The position numbers were made by a program, and so were the translations under genes. 64,000 bases of DNA, taken from contig NC_058373.1 of NCBI RefSeq assembly GCF_018350175.1, positions 113,028,001 through 113,092,000 of the forward strand, in the 5' to 3' direction. This document shows, piece after piece, positions 41,840-55,962 of this stretch. The DNA comes from Felis catus (Eukaryota). Below the pieces are notes generated by a model. It did no database searches. It was not told the origin of the DNA and was given only the letters and a program-made list of their open reading frames with translations. Position 1 is the stretch's first letter, and each line of letters opens with the position of its first letter.

Positions 41840-43665
41840 TATATTTAAAATATAAGGCTTTACAGAGAAGAACTCACTTTTTCATGTCCTTTAAAAACAG
41901 ATGTAGTTACTTTTTCATGCAGTTGAGTCTATGTGTATAAAACCACAGAAGGCCACAAACCGTCTGCTTTAAAAGCCAAAAGCTGAAAACAGATTTTGTC
42001 TATACTCAGTCATATTTCAAGGAATGAGGAATGGGCTTCTTATATTGACTTCAGGGGATGATGCTACACCCTTGATTCTTCACAGTAACAGACATGAGAT
42101 GTTCCTCTAGAAATCCTGCGGTATTGAGCAGCCATCATGTTCTACTTAGTGCTCGTGCCAAATATCAATTTGATATCTTCTCATCATGCCAGCCTTAGCC
42201 CATAAATATTTAGAACTAGAGTATATTGACTGATTGTATTGAGTTTCTAAAAGTATAGAGATGCACCAAGGAGATTTCAGTGATCTCATTTGTAAGGTTT
42301 TTTTTATAGGACAAATAAATGAACCCACCTTAGTTTGAGTTTGATGATGGTTTTGTTAGAAGACTTCTTAAGAAGTCATATTGTCTACCTTCCATTAATG
42401 TCTGCTGTCATAACAACAGTCTACATCCATATGTACTATAAAAATGTGCCATAGAAGTACATGACTATAATGCTTTTAAACATTTTAATATGTAACTGAT
42501 CAAAATTATTTTGCTCCTTATTTTTTCTAAATCTGTTAACATCAGATACTTATATTTATTTCTTTTTTACTTTAAAATTTTAGTGCTCTAAAATTTTCCA
42601 TCACCATAGTTACTTGTTTTTACTAGGAATGCAGTCTGTATAGCTCCTGAAGATAACCTGGTTATCTTTAATGCTTCTTGAGCGTATCAGACTCAGTATT
42701 AATGGTTTTGCTTTTGTTCTTATGAAATACACTGAGTTCTGCAGATTATGCCAACATAGATGGAATTTGCTTATTGATTTCCAAGAATCCTTGGCTTGAA
42801 ACAAAAAAAAAAAGAACTAGATATAAAAATTTAAAAAGTTGAACTCTAGTCCAAGTTTTTTAAGTAAAACCACTTTTATCTTTCAAAAAAAAATACATTT
42901 GATTTTAAGGTAGATCTCTGAAAACAAGATGAAAATCAAAAACTTTGAAAGCCGCCTATATTAAAATCTTAATTCTAAAAGGAAAAACTTAGAATGAAAT
43001 GTTTTTCATTTATTTGTATCATTGGTAGCTGAAAGGTGGAAGTAAAAAAATGATTAAAACATATATATGTATATATGTATATGTGAAGAAAAAGGGATTA
43101 AGAAGAATAAATGCAAGGGAATACATTGAGTAGTATCTTAAATTCAAATGGTGAATGTTCACATATTATTTTGTAAAGTGACCTCCTGGAATTAATTTCT
43201 TTAATTTGAGATAATTTTAAATGATCCAGAACCAAGATCCAACGTAGTACTTTCTACATAGTAAATGCTTAATGAAAGCTTTGTAAAAATTGAACTATTA
43301 AATTTTCTAACACTGGTTTATTATTTATCTTCTATTATAAGATACTATATTCTAGTAAAACATGTCCTAGGATTGGTTGATAGTGAGGCTGAAACTTAAT
43401 ACTTTAAACATTTGGAGGCTTATAATTATAGCTGACATATTCTCATATGATGGCAGGAAGATTTAAAAGGGAATGTATTCTGCCAACTAGACTGAGTTTC
43501 ATGTCTTTGTACCCTCAGCACATAGCCTGGTGTCTTCCATATGTATCACAGATTCTTTACTACATGATCTAAAATTAAACTGATCTCATTATACATTATT
43601 AGTTATTGAGAAGAAAGAGCAGTCAATTCCATTGAAGGGAGGAAAACATAAAAAAGAGGAAATAA

Positions 43666-43905
43666 GGGGCGCCTGGGTGGCACAGTCGGTTAAGCGTCCG
43701 ACTTCAGCCAGGTCACGATCTCGCGGTCCGTGAGTTCGAGCCCCGCGTCAGGCTCTGGGCTGATGGCTCCGAGCCTGGAGCCTGTTTCCGATTCTGTGTC
43801 TCCCTCTCTCTCTGCCCCTCCCCCATTCATGCTCTGTCTCTCTCTGTCCCAAAAATAAATAAACGTTGAAAAAAAAAAATTTTTTTTAAATAAAAAAAAA
43901 TAAAA
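43666..43905 (+). mobile_element. Young SINEC_Fc-type CanSINE
   Basis: TSD ataaaaaagaggaaataa. Confidence 0.95.
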
Positions 43906-45061
43906 AAGAGGAAATAAAATGTTATGGTTTCATAGTACCATGAAAAGAGCACTGTCTTAGAGAGTAAGAGATAGGAATTTGAATCCTAATTCTGCTCCTT
44001 TTGAATCTTCAGTAAATCATTTAATTTCATTGAGGTGTAGCTACCTCACCTGTAAATTCAGAAAATAATGCTTCATAAAAACATCAGTGTTATGCATAAA
44101 AATCTGTCAATTGGGGCCTGATAAGAAATCGTCACTGGAAACAAATGGTATCTACTACTATTTTAGTTTACTTTATGGTGATCCTCCCCTCAGAAAAACC
44201 TTTTCCAAATGCTACTTGTTGGTTAAATTGAAAAATTAAAAAGACTCTGTTTTGGATAAAATTTTGTGTCAAGTAAGTACGATCTATTCTTTGGGAGTTA
44301 ACCCAGTAATCTCTAGAACATATTTATATCTTATGATTGAATCCATCCAGTTATTTCTGTGTCTAATTTTTTGTTTTTTCATTTGTTTGTATATGAGAAA
44401 GGGAAATAAATAGTAACTGGTTTAATTACTAAGAACCACTGGATAGTGGGTAGGGAGGTAAGGCCTGGAAGGTTCTTTGAAAAGCAAATAAATGTTGATC
44501 CTACTCACAGAAACCTTGAACCAAAGAATCAAACAGTTATAATGTATAAATATCAGTAATTATTACTGATAACAATAATGCTGAAAAGAGGCCAGTTAAT
44601 ACTTTTAGTCATAAAACATTACTGTGTGCTAGAATACAGAGAATACAACTTTTAAGTTTTGTTGAAAATTGCATGTTGAGGAAAAGAGAGTGAAAAGGAA
44701 AACTATTTGTCACAATCCATCTCTTAGACTGAGACCACAGAGGGGAATTCACAAGAACTTTTTAAAATACGTGTCTTACCATTAAATAATGTACCCTCTA
44801 ATTTACATTTGATCATAGTCCAACATTAGTGTTTGACATATTAGAAACATCTTATAATGGATTGTATTATTGTTGCCTGTTTGTTTCTTTTGTGGTTTAT
44901 ATGTTTGTATTAAAAGAAGGTTACCATAACCAAAAAAAGGAATATAAGTGAAGAGTTACTTCTGGTGTTTTCTCCTTGATTAAAAAAACAAAAACCCTTC
45001 TATTCTTTTGTCTTAAATTATACTAATTTAATTATACTAATTATTTTCTTTCTGCTACTAA

Positions 45062-45151
<90 letters not shown>

Positions 45152-45373
45152 TGACATTAATGAGAGGTTTCTTGGGTCTCCATCTGAACTGTTTAAATCA
45201 GTTAGAACTGTCAAGAAAGATGTATTCATGGTAAGAGTGATATGAGCAGCAAAACTGATTATCTTAGGACTCTAAATGAAGGACAAGATTTAAGTATTAA
45301 AAAGTGTCTGTGATGTGAGACTAATGGAAAATTGTAACTGTTTCCCTGAAAAATAGTTCTGTGAACAATGTAA

Positions 45374-45577
<204 letters not shown>

Positions 45578-47703
45578 TAGCTGGATTTACATCTCAAAGA
45601 GGTCTATATCTAACACTTGAAAGAAATTAAACTGCTATTTTTAGGGAGTTATACTATTAGTCCTATTTTGCTTCTTAATGTAACATATGTGCTTAAGAAA
45701 GTCGTTTGGCAGAAATTATTTTCTTTTGGAATCCAATGAGTAATGCAGTGTTTTGAGTTTAGAGAAAAACTGGCATAAAAATTAAAGTACAGTTTAGCAT
45801 TATGTAGTGTTTGATAGATTCCTGTTTTTCCTACTTAAATTCTTTGCAAAATTAATACATGCCTCCAAATGAGTATTTTGTTTACAGTAACTCATGTCAC
45901 CAAGACAACCCTTCCACAGAGCCTGCTACCTGTTGGCTGAGTCAGGCACAAAAGGAGAGTGTTTTTGTTTTGTTTTATTACTAAGATTTAAAAAAAAAAT
46001 TTTAAGTGTAGCTTCTCTACACATCAAAGGCTCTAGTAACACAGGGTTTGTGTTCACAAGTGACAGCAGTCTGCTGGACCTGAGTGATGGCTGTTGCCTC
46101 TCTATTAGGCACCAACTACCTTAGTTCGGCAGTTTCCACATCCAATTTTTATAAACCCAACCTCATTTACTGCTTTTCATTACCTTCTTCATTGGTCCTT
46201 AACGTGCATTAGAATTTTCTCCCCCTGCTTTGCTTCATGTCAGAAACAAGCCAAATAATAAAGCAAAGGCACTCCTTAACTTCTTATACAATTTATAAGG
46301 CTTATTATTCTCTCAATATCTTGAGTTTGTTTTTTTTTTAGGTAGCATAAATTAAACACAAAAATAAAATATTATAGGTTATTGAAAAATTCTATTTAAA
46401 AGAGATTCAGTCTACTTTAATAAAAATTTTTTCCAAAATAAATATCCATAATGCTAATTAAATCACTATGTCATTAAGATTTATTGAATTTTTAATCCTT
46501 TGCTCTATATTTGGGTAAGTAATATATGTTTCTGCATCTTTTGAAACATACTAAATTGGTTCAGCTCTAATAGCTATTATAGAAAACCTACATATCTGAA
46601 GCTTACAGATCTATAAACTAAGTCTTTATAAATAAAAATGCTGCCACAGTCTGATTGTACACGTTAGAAGGAAGAACTCAGATTTTTCAGAGTGTAAAGT
46701 ATTTTGGGAAAGGCAGGAATTATACTTCTACAATAATAACTATCATTTATAATAACCATTCTATTCCAGGGGTAGTAACTATATACTTTAGATACTTTCA
46801 TCCATTTAGGCCTCACAATAAATTCCTTGAGATTACAGATTAACAAACTGAAGTTCAAATATTAAAAATCTGCTTTAGTTCTTAAAGCATATATAGTTGA
46901 GCTCGAATCTAGACAGTTTGGGTTCCTACTCTGCACTCTGTGCAAAGCACTGGCAAGACTAAAATGATTGCCTGACCCCGTGGAACTTACAGCCAAGTGT
47001 GACCATATATCTGGTGCTCTTTCCCCGTCAGGGAGTGAGAACAGGAGTGAGAAGATAGCAGGCTGCTAGTTCTCTGCCTTTGTTCTTACCACTTGACAGC
47101 TCTGATTTCATCTGGGTTATGGGTTTTAGGAATGTTACCCCACCTTTCACAATTTATACATCTTGAATCGTGACCTCAAGTTAGTATTCCAAGTTCAGAT
47201 AGCACACATATGATCTGATTTCAAGTTATATAATCACAGAAAAGTATCCCTACTTTCTCTGATAACACTAGTTGTAGCTACTATTTGTAAATGTTTGTCA
47301 GTGCCAGGTGTTGTGCTCAGCATATATTGTGTCTGATCCTTAAACCAACCCTCTAAGTGAAGTATTATCTCCATTTTACAAAAATGGCAGATAATATTCT
47401 CATTAGTTTATCCCCTGGTGCCCACCCTCTGACAGAGTATTGACTGCAAACTAGTTATTTTACATAAGAAGGAGTGTAGTTATATTGTATTAAAACATTC
47501 AAACTATGAAGCATAAGGAGCAGTAAACACTTCCAGAAGGATCAGTATATTGTCTGATTTATTTTCGTAGTATCCTGGGAAGTATATATTCACATTGGAA
47601 AATATTCATATAATCCTACCCAGTTATTACTATCTTGATCCAAAAAGCTAAGCCTTTTTAATGATAATAAAGTGTCTTCTCTCCAATTTTTTGGAAAATT
47701 TGA

Positions 47704-47988
<285 letters not shown>

Positions 47989-48279
47989 TAACTGGAGGGA
48001 AATTTTTCATCCAGTTCATCAAAAATAGTTTTGCCCAGAAAAGAGGAACTTTGTTTTAATCAAATCTTTTGAGAATATGTAACTCAAGATAGTCATTATT
48101 GAGAAATTTCCATTTTTCCTGTGGTACTAATTACTTTCTAAATGAATTTCAATTTGGGTTTCTTACGATTCCCTATTCAATATGGAATCAGCTTCTGTTT
48201 TTTAAACTGATGCAGAAGATAGAAATGTAGACCGAATGTCTGAACACAGAAGTTCTGTTTAAAGATTTTATAGTACCTA

Positions 48280-48466
48280 GGGGCGCCTGGGTGGCTCAGT
48301 TGGTTGAGTGTCTGACTTCGGCTCAGGTCATGATCTTGCCCTACATCGGGCTCTATGCTGACAACTCAGAGCCTGGAGCCTGCTTTGGATTCTGTGTCTC
48401 CTCTCTCTGCCCCTCCCCTACTCGTGCTCTGTCTCTCTCAAAAATGAATAAACATTTAAAAAAAAG
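48280..48466 (+). mobile_element. CanSINE
   Basis: Head, (CT)n, A tail. Confidence 0.9.
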
Positions 48467-48709
48467 CTGTATCTTAAAATTAAGTAGTATAAATAAATAA
48501 TAAATAGGTAAGTAAGTGAATAAATATTACACAGTGCCTAATCTTATGGAAATAAACTTTAGGAAAAAAATGGTAGTGTTTAAATGCAAGAAGCAATTTA
48601 AAGTGTAAGCATAAAATGTGTTACAGCAATTAAATGTAACTATTATTAAGATACTAAAACCACATTTTTGTTCATTTCTCAGTCTAGAAATAAAACCAGT
48701 CAGTGTTAA

Positions 48710-49150
<441 letters not shown>

Positions 49151-49168
49151 TGATTTAAGAAAAGTACA

Positions 49169-49632
49169 GGGGTGCACCTGGGTGGCTCAGTGGGATAAGT
49201 GCCCGACTTTGGCTCAGGTCATGATCTCATGGTTTGTGAGTTGGAGCCCCGCGTCGGGCTCTGTGCTGACAGTTCAGAGCCTGGAGCCTGCTTCGGATTC
49301 TGTGTCTCCTTCTCTCTCTGCCCCTCCCCCACTTGTGCTCTGTCTCTTTCTGTCTCAAAAATAAATGTAAAAAAACAAAAAAGAAAAGTATAAATGCGGG
49401 GCACCTCGTGGCTCAGTCAGTTAAGCATCCAACTTCAGCTCAGGTCAGGTCATGATCTTGCGGTTGCAGTTCTTGGGTTCAAGCCCCAAATCGGGCTCTG
49501 GGCTGACAGCTTGGAGCTCAGAGCCTGGAGCCTGCTTCAGATTCTGTTTCTCCCTCTCTGCCCCTTCCCTGCTCACACTGTTGTCTCTGTCTCTCTCTGT
49601 CAAAAATAAATAAACATTAAAAACATTTTAAA
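49169..49632 (+). mobile_element. Two tandem CanSINEs (49169-49380, 49398-49632)
   Basis: Two heads and tails; TSDs aagaaaagta and aaagtataaatgc. Confidence 0.9.
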
Positions 49633-50318
49633 GAAAGTATAAATGCTTTCACTAAATGCCTTCAGAATTCTTTAATGTTAAATTGGGTGAAAACATTTAT
49701 CAAAGAATTTAGGGTAGTTAAAGCGTATTGTCTTAATGTTATTAGATAGAAAAAGCATGTTCCTGTAATCCCTGTTTAGACAGTGTGCTTCAGTTGAGGA
49801 ACACACAGTCATGCAGTGGCAAAGGCAGGGTGAAAACCATAATCTCCTAATTCAGTCTGCTTTTTCTTGGGTGTACTTTTCCAGAACTTTTTATATATGT
49901 GTGTGAAATTTTTCTTTATATTCTGCTTGTATTTAGATCCCAGCACCCAATAACATTACTGCTTATTTCTACTTCCTCCAAAATGGAATTTGAATATGGT
50001 TATTTATAATCTTTATGTGATCTTATTAGAGGATATTTTAGCATCACATAGTTGTATACCTTCAGTGTCATTTTTATTTCATTATATAAACAGGGCAAGC
50101 TAATTTGTGTGTGTGTGTTGCATAGGTACATAATATATTCTTACAGTGAAGGGTAGGATCTTAAAATATTGTGAATTGTTACAAAGATGTTTGGAAACAT
50201 TCATAGGCAATGTTTTTTTGTTTTTTTTTTAATGATAGTATTATTTGAAGTATATTACTGGGAAGCAAATAAATGATGAAAATTATTATAAAGATCCAAA
50301 ATATTTTTTTTTTAATAG

Positions 50319-50480
<162 letters not shown>

Positions 50481-51129
50481 TAATATGTCACAAGTGCTTA
50501 AAAGCTACATCGGCTTGAGCTTTCAAACTGATTATTCTTTGAGTCCTGTCACTTTTCCCAAAATTTCTGTTGTTGCTTCTGGCTGGACTGTGACAGCTCT
50601 CCAAAGCAGGGACTTCCCTTGTTGTTCCCCACAGTCTCTATTGTTATCCCAAATGTGTGGTTACTCTTGGTATTCCTTAACCTCCTTTACATGGGTCCCT
50701 GTTATTTCCAATAGAGATGATGTGACCTCCCTGCTTTCTACCCCCAAAGAAAAAAGTTCTCAGCAGATTCTTAGGGATTACCCACTTTTCTTTGTTAGAT
50801 ACTGTGTATATGTGGGGAGCCGACTTGGGTGCTCTTGATTTTCTCTTCTTTTTTCTCTTTTTTCTCATTGAAATTTATGTTCTATTTGCCTTCCCCCTTT
50901 GGTCTTCTCAAATGACCTGAAACGGAAAAATTTTTTTTAATTATTTTAGATGCTGGACATGGTTGAGGTAGTTTACATTTTACTAAACATTGTTAGTAAC
51001 AAAACTATACTGATGTACTTAATCAGAAAGCATTGACTTTGTTTAAATGTGTGAAATGAAAACTGTCAAGTGACTTACTATATCAAAGTAACAAGTACTT
51101 TCCCTTGTTTTTTGCTGATTTTTAAAAAA

Positions 51130-51555
51130 ATTTTTTCTAATTTTTTATTTTTTAATGTTTATTTCTGAGAGAAAGTGAGCGAGCATGAGGGTGGAGGGGC
51201 AGAGAGAGACAGGGATACAGAATCCCAGGCAGGCCCCACGCTGTCAGCACAGAGCCTGACACAGGGCTCGAACCCACAAGTTGTGTGAGATCATGACCTC
51301 AGCTGAAACCAAGAGTTGGATGCTTAACCAGCTGAGCCACCCAGGCACTCCCCACCCCCCGCTTTTTTTTAATGCTTATTTTTGAGAGAGAGGGTGTGTG
51401 AGTGGGGGAGGGACAAAAAGAAAGGGGACAGAGGATCCAAAGCGGGCTCTGTGCTGACAGTAGAGAGCCTGATGGGGGGCTCAGACTCAGGGAACCATGA
51501 GATCATGACCTGAGCCAAAGTCAAATGCTCTACTGATGAGCCACTCAGATGCCCC
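51130..51555 (-). mobile_element. Two tandem antisense CanSINEs (51130-51352, 51363-51555)
   Basis: Two reverse heads. Confidence 0.88.
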
Positions 51556-51642
51556 AAATATCTTAAATATTTCTGTTTTACAGAGGAATCATTTAGTCTC
51601 ATTTCATTTGTTCTCTCTAAATCTCCTTAAAAACCATAAACA

Positions 51643-52084
51643 GGGTGCCTGGGTGGCTCAGTCGTTAAGCATATGACTTGAGCTCAGGTCATGATCTCAT
51701 AATTGGTGAGTGCAAGTCCCATGTCAGATGAGCTTGTGTCCTGCTTCAGGTAAAAAACACAAGCCGCGGGCGAGCCCCGCTTCTCTCTCTTTCTCTCTGT
51801 CTCTCTCTCTCTCTGCTCTTCACTCACTTGTGCCCTCTCTCAAAAAACAAACAGGGACGCCTGGGTGGCTCAGTCGGTTGAGTGCCCGACTTAGCTCGGG
51901 TCACGATCTCGCGGTCCATGGGTTCAAGCCTCGCGTCGGACTCTGGGCTGATGGCTCAGAGCCTGGAGCCTGCTTCCGATTCTGTGTCTCCCTCTCTCTC
52001 TGCCCCTCCCCCGTTCATGCTGTGTCTCTCTCTGTCTCAAAAATAAATAAACGTTAAAAAAATAAATAAATAAATAAATAAAAA
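51643..52084 (+). mobile_element. Two tandem or nested sense CanSINEs (51643-51850, 51854-52084)
   Basis: Outer TSD taaaaaccataaaca. Confidence 0.88.
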
Positions 52085-52136
52085 CCATAAACACACATCG
52101 TGTGTTTTTATAAGATCCTTAAAAGTCACTAAAAGC

Positions 52137-52244
52137 GTGCTCGCTTCGGCAGCACATATAGTAAAATTGAAACGATACAGAGAAGATTAGCATGGCCCCT
52201 GTGCAAGGATGACACGCAAATTCGTGAAGCATTCCATATTTTTT
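52137..52244 (+). pseudogene. Full-length U6 snRNA retrocopy (5' part of a U6-L1 chimera)
   Basis: GTGCTCGCTTCGGCAGCAC...ACAGAGAAGATTAGC...CCATATTTT with 4 substitutions vs canonical U6; upstream flank is a SINE tail, no evident U6 promoter. Confidence 0.95.
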
Positions 52245-52409
52245 AGAACAAACTGAGGGTTGATGGGGGTTGGGAGGGTGGGGAGGGTGGTTGATGGGTA
52301 TTGAGGAGGGCACCTTTTGGGATGAGCACTGGGTGTTGTATGGAAACCAATTTGACAATAAACTTCATATATTGAAAAAAAAATTTTTTTTAACATTTAT
52401 TAAAAAAAA
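52245..52409 (+). mobile_element. L1 3' end and A-rich tail fused to U6
   Basis: Carnivore L1 3' UTR ending GGAAACCAATTTGACAATAAA; TSD 52121-52136 / 52410-52425. Confidence 0.9.
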
Positions 52410-53258
52410 AAAAGTCATTAAAAGCATAACATCACTCCTTTCCTGATTCTTGGCTATACACCATAGCCACCAGCCCTCTTTCTTCCTCCCTAAGATAATA
52501 TCTTTTCCCGTTCTCGGTCTGCTTATGTTTCTTATTCAATCTATATGTGAAGGTCATATTTTTCAGTGTCTTAGGCTATAGACAATCAAGGACTTTCTCA
52601 TCCTACATGATGAGCGTAATTCTGGTTGCTTTCTTTAGGCAATCTGGTTAAAGTAGGCTATCTGGTTAAAGTAGTGTTTCACCCTTTTTTCAGTTTTTGC
52701 AACATAATTGTTAAGTTCATTAATTGAGTCAAAGTATCTGTTGTTCTTAGCACTTGGGATGATACCCAAAAAAATGAGACATGGTCACTGGCTGTTATTG
52801 AGGGGGTCACAATAAAGAAAACAAAACTGATACTCTATGAAACTTAGTGCCCAGTAATTACTTTGGTAGACCAGAAGAAATACCATGGTTGCTTAAGGAA
52901 AAGGCTGGATATTAAGGACGAGAGTGGACTTCATCCTACTTGTTCAGCCTAATTTTTCAATTTTCTAATTTGCACACTTAACTTTTTTGTTAGTTTTTTC
53001 TTCTCCAAGGATTCAGTATTGTGCAAAGGGCTATCTGTATACCATTCCAGAACATGTTAGGCAACCTTCTTTGGGTTGGTGGTCTGGAGTGCTCTCATGG
53101 GATTATTTATCCTATTATTTATTTTGAATTAGCTATCCCAAATTGAGTAAGGTCTAGAATGATACCAATTATACATATTTTTAAATGAAGAACTTAGGAC
53201 CAAGATGTTTTACTAGTTTACAGTATGCTTGATTTTCTAATGAGAAATTTCTAATTTT

Positions 53259-53484
53259 GGGGGCTCCTGGGTGGCGCAGTCGGTTAAGCATCCGACTTCA
53301 GCCAGGTCACGATCTTGCGGTCCGTGAGTTCGAGCCCCGCGTCGGGCTCTGGGCTGATGGCTCGGAGCCTGGAGCCTGTTTCCGATTCTGTGTCTCCCTC
53401 TCTCTCTGCCCCTCGCCTGTTCATGCTCTGTCTCTCTCTGTCCCAAAAATAAATAAATGTTGAAAAAAAAAATTTAAAAAAAAA
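53259..53484 (+). mobile_element. Young SINEC_Fc-type CanSINE with 42-bp TSD
   Basis: 53217-53258 identical to 53485-53526. Confidence 0.95.
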
Positions 53485-53689
53485 TTTACAGTATGCTTGA
53501 TTTTCTAATGAGAAATTTCTAATTTTTAAAAATTAACTTCATTGAAATTATTTTATATATTTTACCTGTATAATTCAGTGAGTTTTGGCAAAATGTATAG
53601 CTGTGTCACTGCCATGCCAGTCAAGATTTAGAACATTTTCATCACTTTAGAAAATTCTCTCCTGCTTCTTTATATAAATTAAAAATAAA

Positions 53690-53824
53690 AAAGTTTATTA
53701 TTCTGAAAGAGAAGGGGTGGGAGAGAGACAAAATCCCAAGCAGGCTCCATGCTCAGCATAGAGCCCAATGTGGGGCTCCATCCTACAACCACGAGATTTT
53801 TACTTGAGCTACCCAGGTGCCCCC
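53690..53824 (-). mobile_element. CanSINE (deleted form)
   Basis: Reverse head gagctacccaggtgccccc. Confidence 0.8.
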
Positions 53825-54431
53825 ATGCTTCTCTGAAGTTAATACCCCTCCATTCTTCCCTAGGCAACCACTAATTTCCTTTCTGTGACTGTGGATTTGT
53901 CTGTTCTAGCAGTTCATTTAAGTGGAACCATAGTGTATATTTAAGTTTGCATCTGGCTTTTGATTAGCATAGTGTTACTGAGATTTATCAGTGTTGCATC
54001 TAACAGTTCATACCTACATATTGCTGAGTCGTATACCATGAGCTAAATATATCACAGTTGGTTCATTCATCAGTTAAAAACCATTTGGGTTGTTTCCAAT
54101 TTTGAGCTGGTGGGATTAAAGCAGCTTGAAATATTCAGTCTTTTGGTGGACGTGGATGTTTTCGGGTTTTTTTGAATTGCTGGATCAAATGGTGAGTGTA
54201 TATTTTAACTGTATAAAGTTGTAAAGCTGTTTTAAAACAGTTTGGTTCCACTTGCTCCCACTTTGGTTCCATTTGCTTCACATCTTACCAGCTTTCACTT
54301 TTGTTGGTTTGTCAACAACTTTTGCCATTCTAGTAAGTGTGAAGTATCATTAAGGTTTTCATTTGCATTTTCCTGATGACTAATGATAGTATTTTTTCAT
54401 GTGGTTATTTAAGTCTTTTGTGAAATGTCTT

Positions 54432-54661
54432 ATTTTTTATTTTTTTATTTATTTTTTTCAACGTTTATTTATTTTTGGGACAGAGAGAGACAGAGCATGA
54501 ATGGGGGAGGGGCAGAGAGAGAGGGAGACACAGAATAGGAAACAGGCTCCAGGCTCTGAGCCATCAGCCCAGAGCCCGACGCGGGGCTCGAACTCACAGA
54601 CCACGAGATCGTGACCTGGCTGAAGTCGGACACTTAACCGACTGTGCCACCCAGGCGCTCC
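54432..54661 (-). mobile_element. Young SINEC_Fc-type CanSINE
   Basis: Reverse near-consensus copy. Confidence 0.93.
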
Positions 54662-55184
54662 ATGTCTTTTTAAAATGGTGGTTTTATTGAGTTGTAAATT
54701 TTTTTTTATATATTCTGGAAATATTTTCTCAAAATATTTTTAATTTTAAAGAAGCACTCTTTTTCATTTTTCTTTTAATGATTTTTGCATACTGTCTAAA
54801 AATATTTGCCTACTTCCAAGATTATAAAGATTTTATCCTATGTTTTCTTGTAATAGCTTTCTTGTATTTGGCTTTTACTCTTAGGTCTACAATCTCTAAA
54901 ATGTCTTTGTTTTAGTATGAAATAAGGATGGTGTTGGTTTGGTGGTTTTTGTTTTTATTATTTTTTTTAATCACATGTGGATGTTCAGCTGCTCTAGCAT
55001 CATTTCTTGAAAAAGACCGTCCTTTTTCCCATTGAATTCAATTGGCATGTTTTTAAAAAATCACCTGGCCAAATATATAGTGGAGAGTGGGGTAGGATTA
55101 TTTCTGGACTCCATGCTGTATTTATGCTAATTACACACTGTCTTGATTACTGCAGTTTTATTTAGAAGTTTCAAAAAAGTCAGA

Positions 55185-55530
55185 AAAAGGAATGAAGTAT
55201 TCCTACATGGTGCGTCATGGATGAACCTCGAAAACATTATAAGAGAAGCCAGTCACAAAAGACTACATGTTGTATGATTACATTTTATGGCAAACCTATA
55301 GGGACCTAAAGTAGATTAGTGGTTGCCTGGGGCTGGGGGTTGGGAGACAATGGAGAGTGGCTCCCTAGGGGTATGGATTTTTTGGCTGGGGTGGGAGGAT
55401 GATGAAAATATTCTAAAATTGTGCTGTTGAATGCAGAACTCTGTGACTATACTAAAAATGATTGAATCATTCATTTTAAAATGGGTGAATTATAAATGAA
55501 TTGTATCTCAAGAAAAGTGTTATCAAAAAA
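55185..55530 (+). mobile_element. Old L1M-type 3' end
   Basis: Similar to the 31620 element (agaagccagtcacaaaagac, gtagattagtggttgcc). Confidence 0.7.
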
Positions 55531-55572
55531 GAAAATCCCAGATGTTTCTGTGAAATTGAAAAGATGATTTCA

Positions 55573-55782
55573 GGGGCACCTGGGTGGCTCAGTTGGTTAA
55601 GCATCCAACTTTGGCTCAGGTCATGATCTCACGGTTTGTGGGTTCAAACCCTGAATTGGGCTCTGTGCTGACAGCTCACAGCCTAGAGCCTGCTTCAGAT
55701 TCTGTGTCTTCCTCTTTCTCTGCCCCTCTCCTTCTCACACTATCTCTCTCAAAAATAAACATGAAAAAAAATTTTCTGAAAA
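55573..55782 (+). mobile_element. CanSINE
   Basis: TSD tgaaaagatga. Confidence 0.9.
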
Positions 55783-55962
55783 GATGACTTTAAAGTTTAT
55801 ATGGAAATTAAAAAGAATAACCAAACACTTTAGAAAAAGAACAGAGTCAGAGGCCTTTTTTCTTTATTGTCGGTCTCTCATTTCATTACCTTATACTTAC
55901 TTTGGCTTTAATTTGCACTTGCTCTAGTTTCCTGAAGAAAACTTAGATTTTAAAATCTTTTC

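Larger units (their letters stand above)
53530..55170 (-). mobile_element. Old L1M fragments with nested SINEs
   Basis: atttgcattttcctgatgactaatgat and ctagcatcatttcttgaaaaag signatures. Confidence 0.65.

Noticed and set aside
51700..51800. Atypical interior of the SINE at 51643
   Set aside because: Resembles a known felid SINE subfamily variant as I recall it; no evidence of a captured gene
52137..52244. Functional U6 snRNA gene
   Set aside because: It has a TSD, is fused to L1, carries substitutions and lacks an evident upstream promoter
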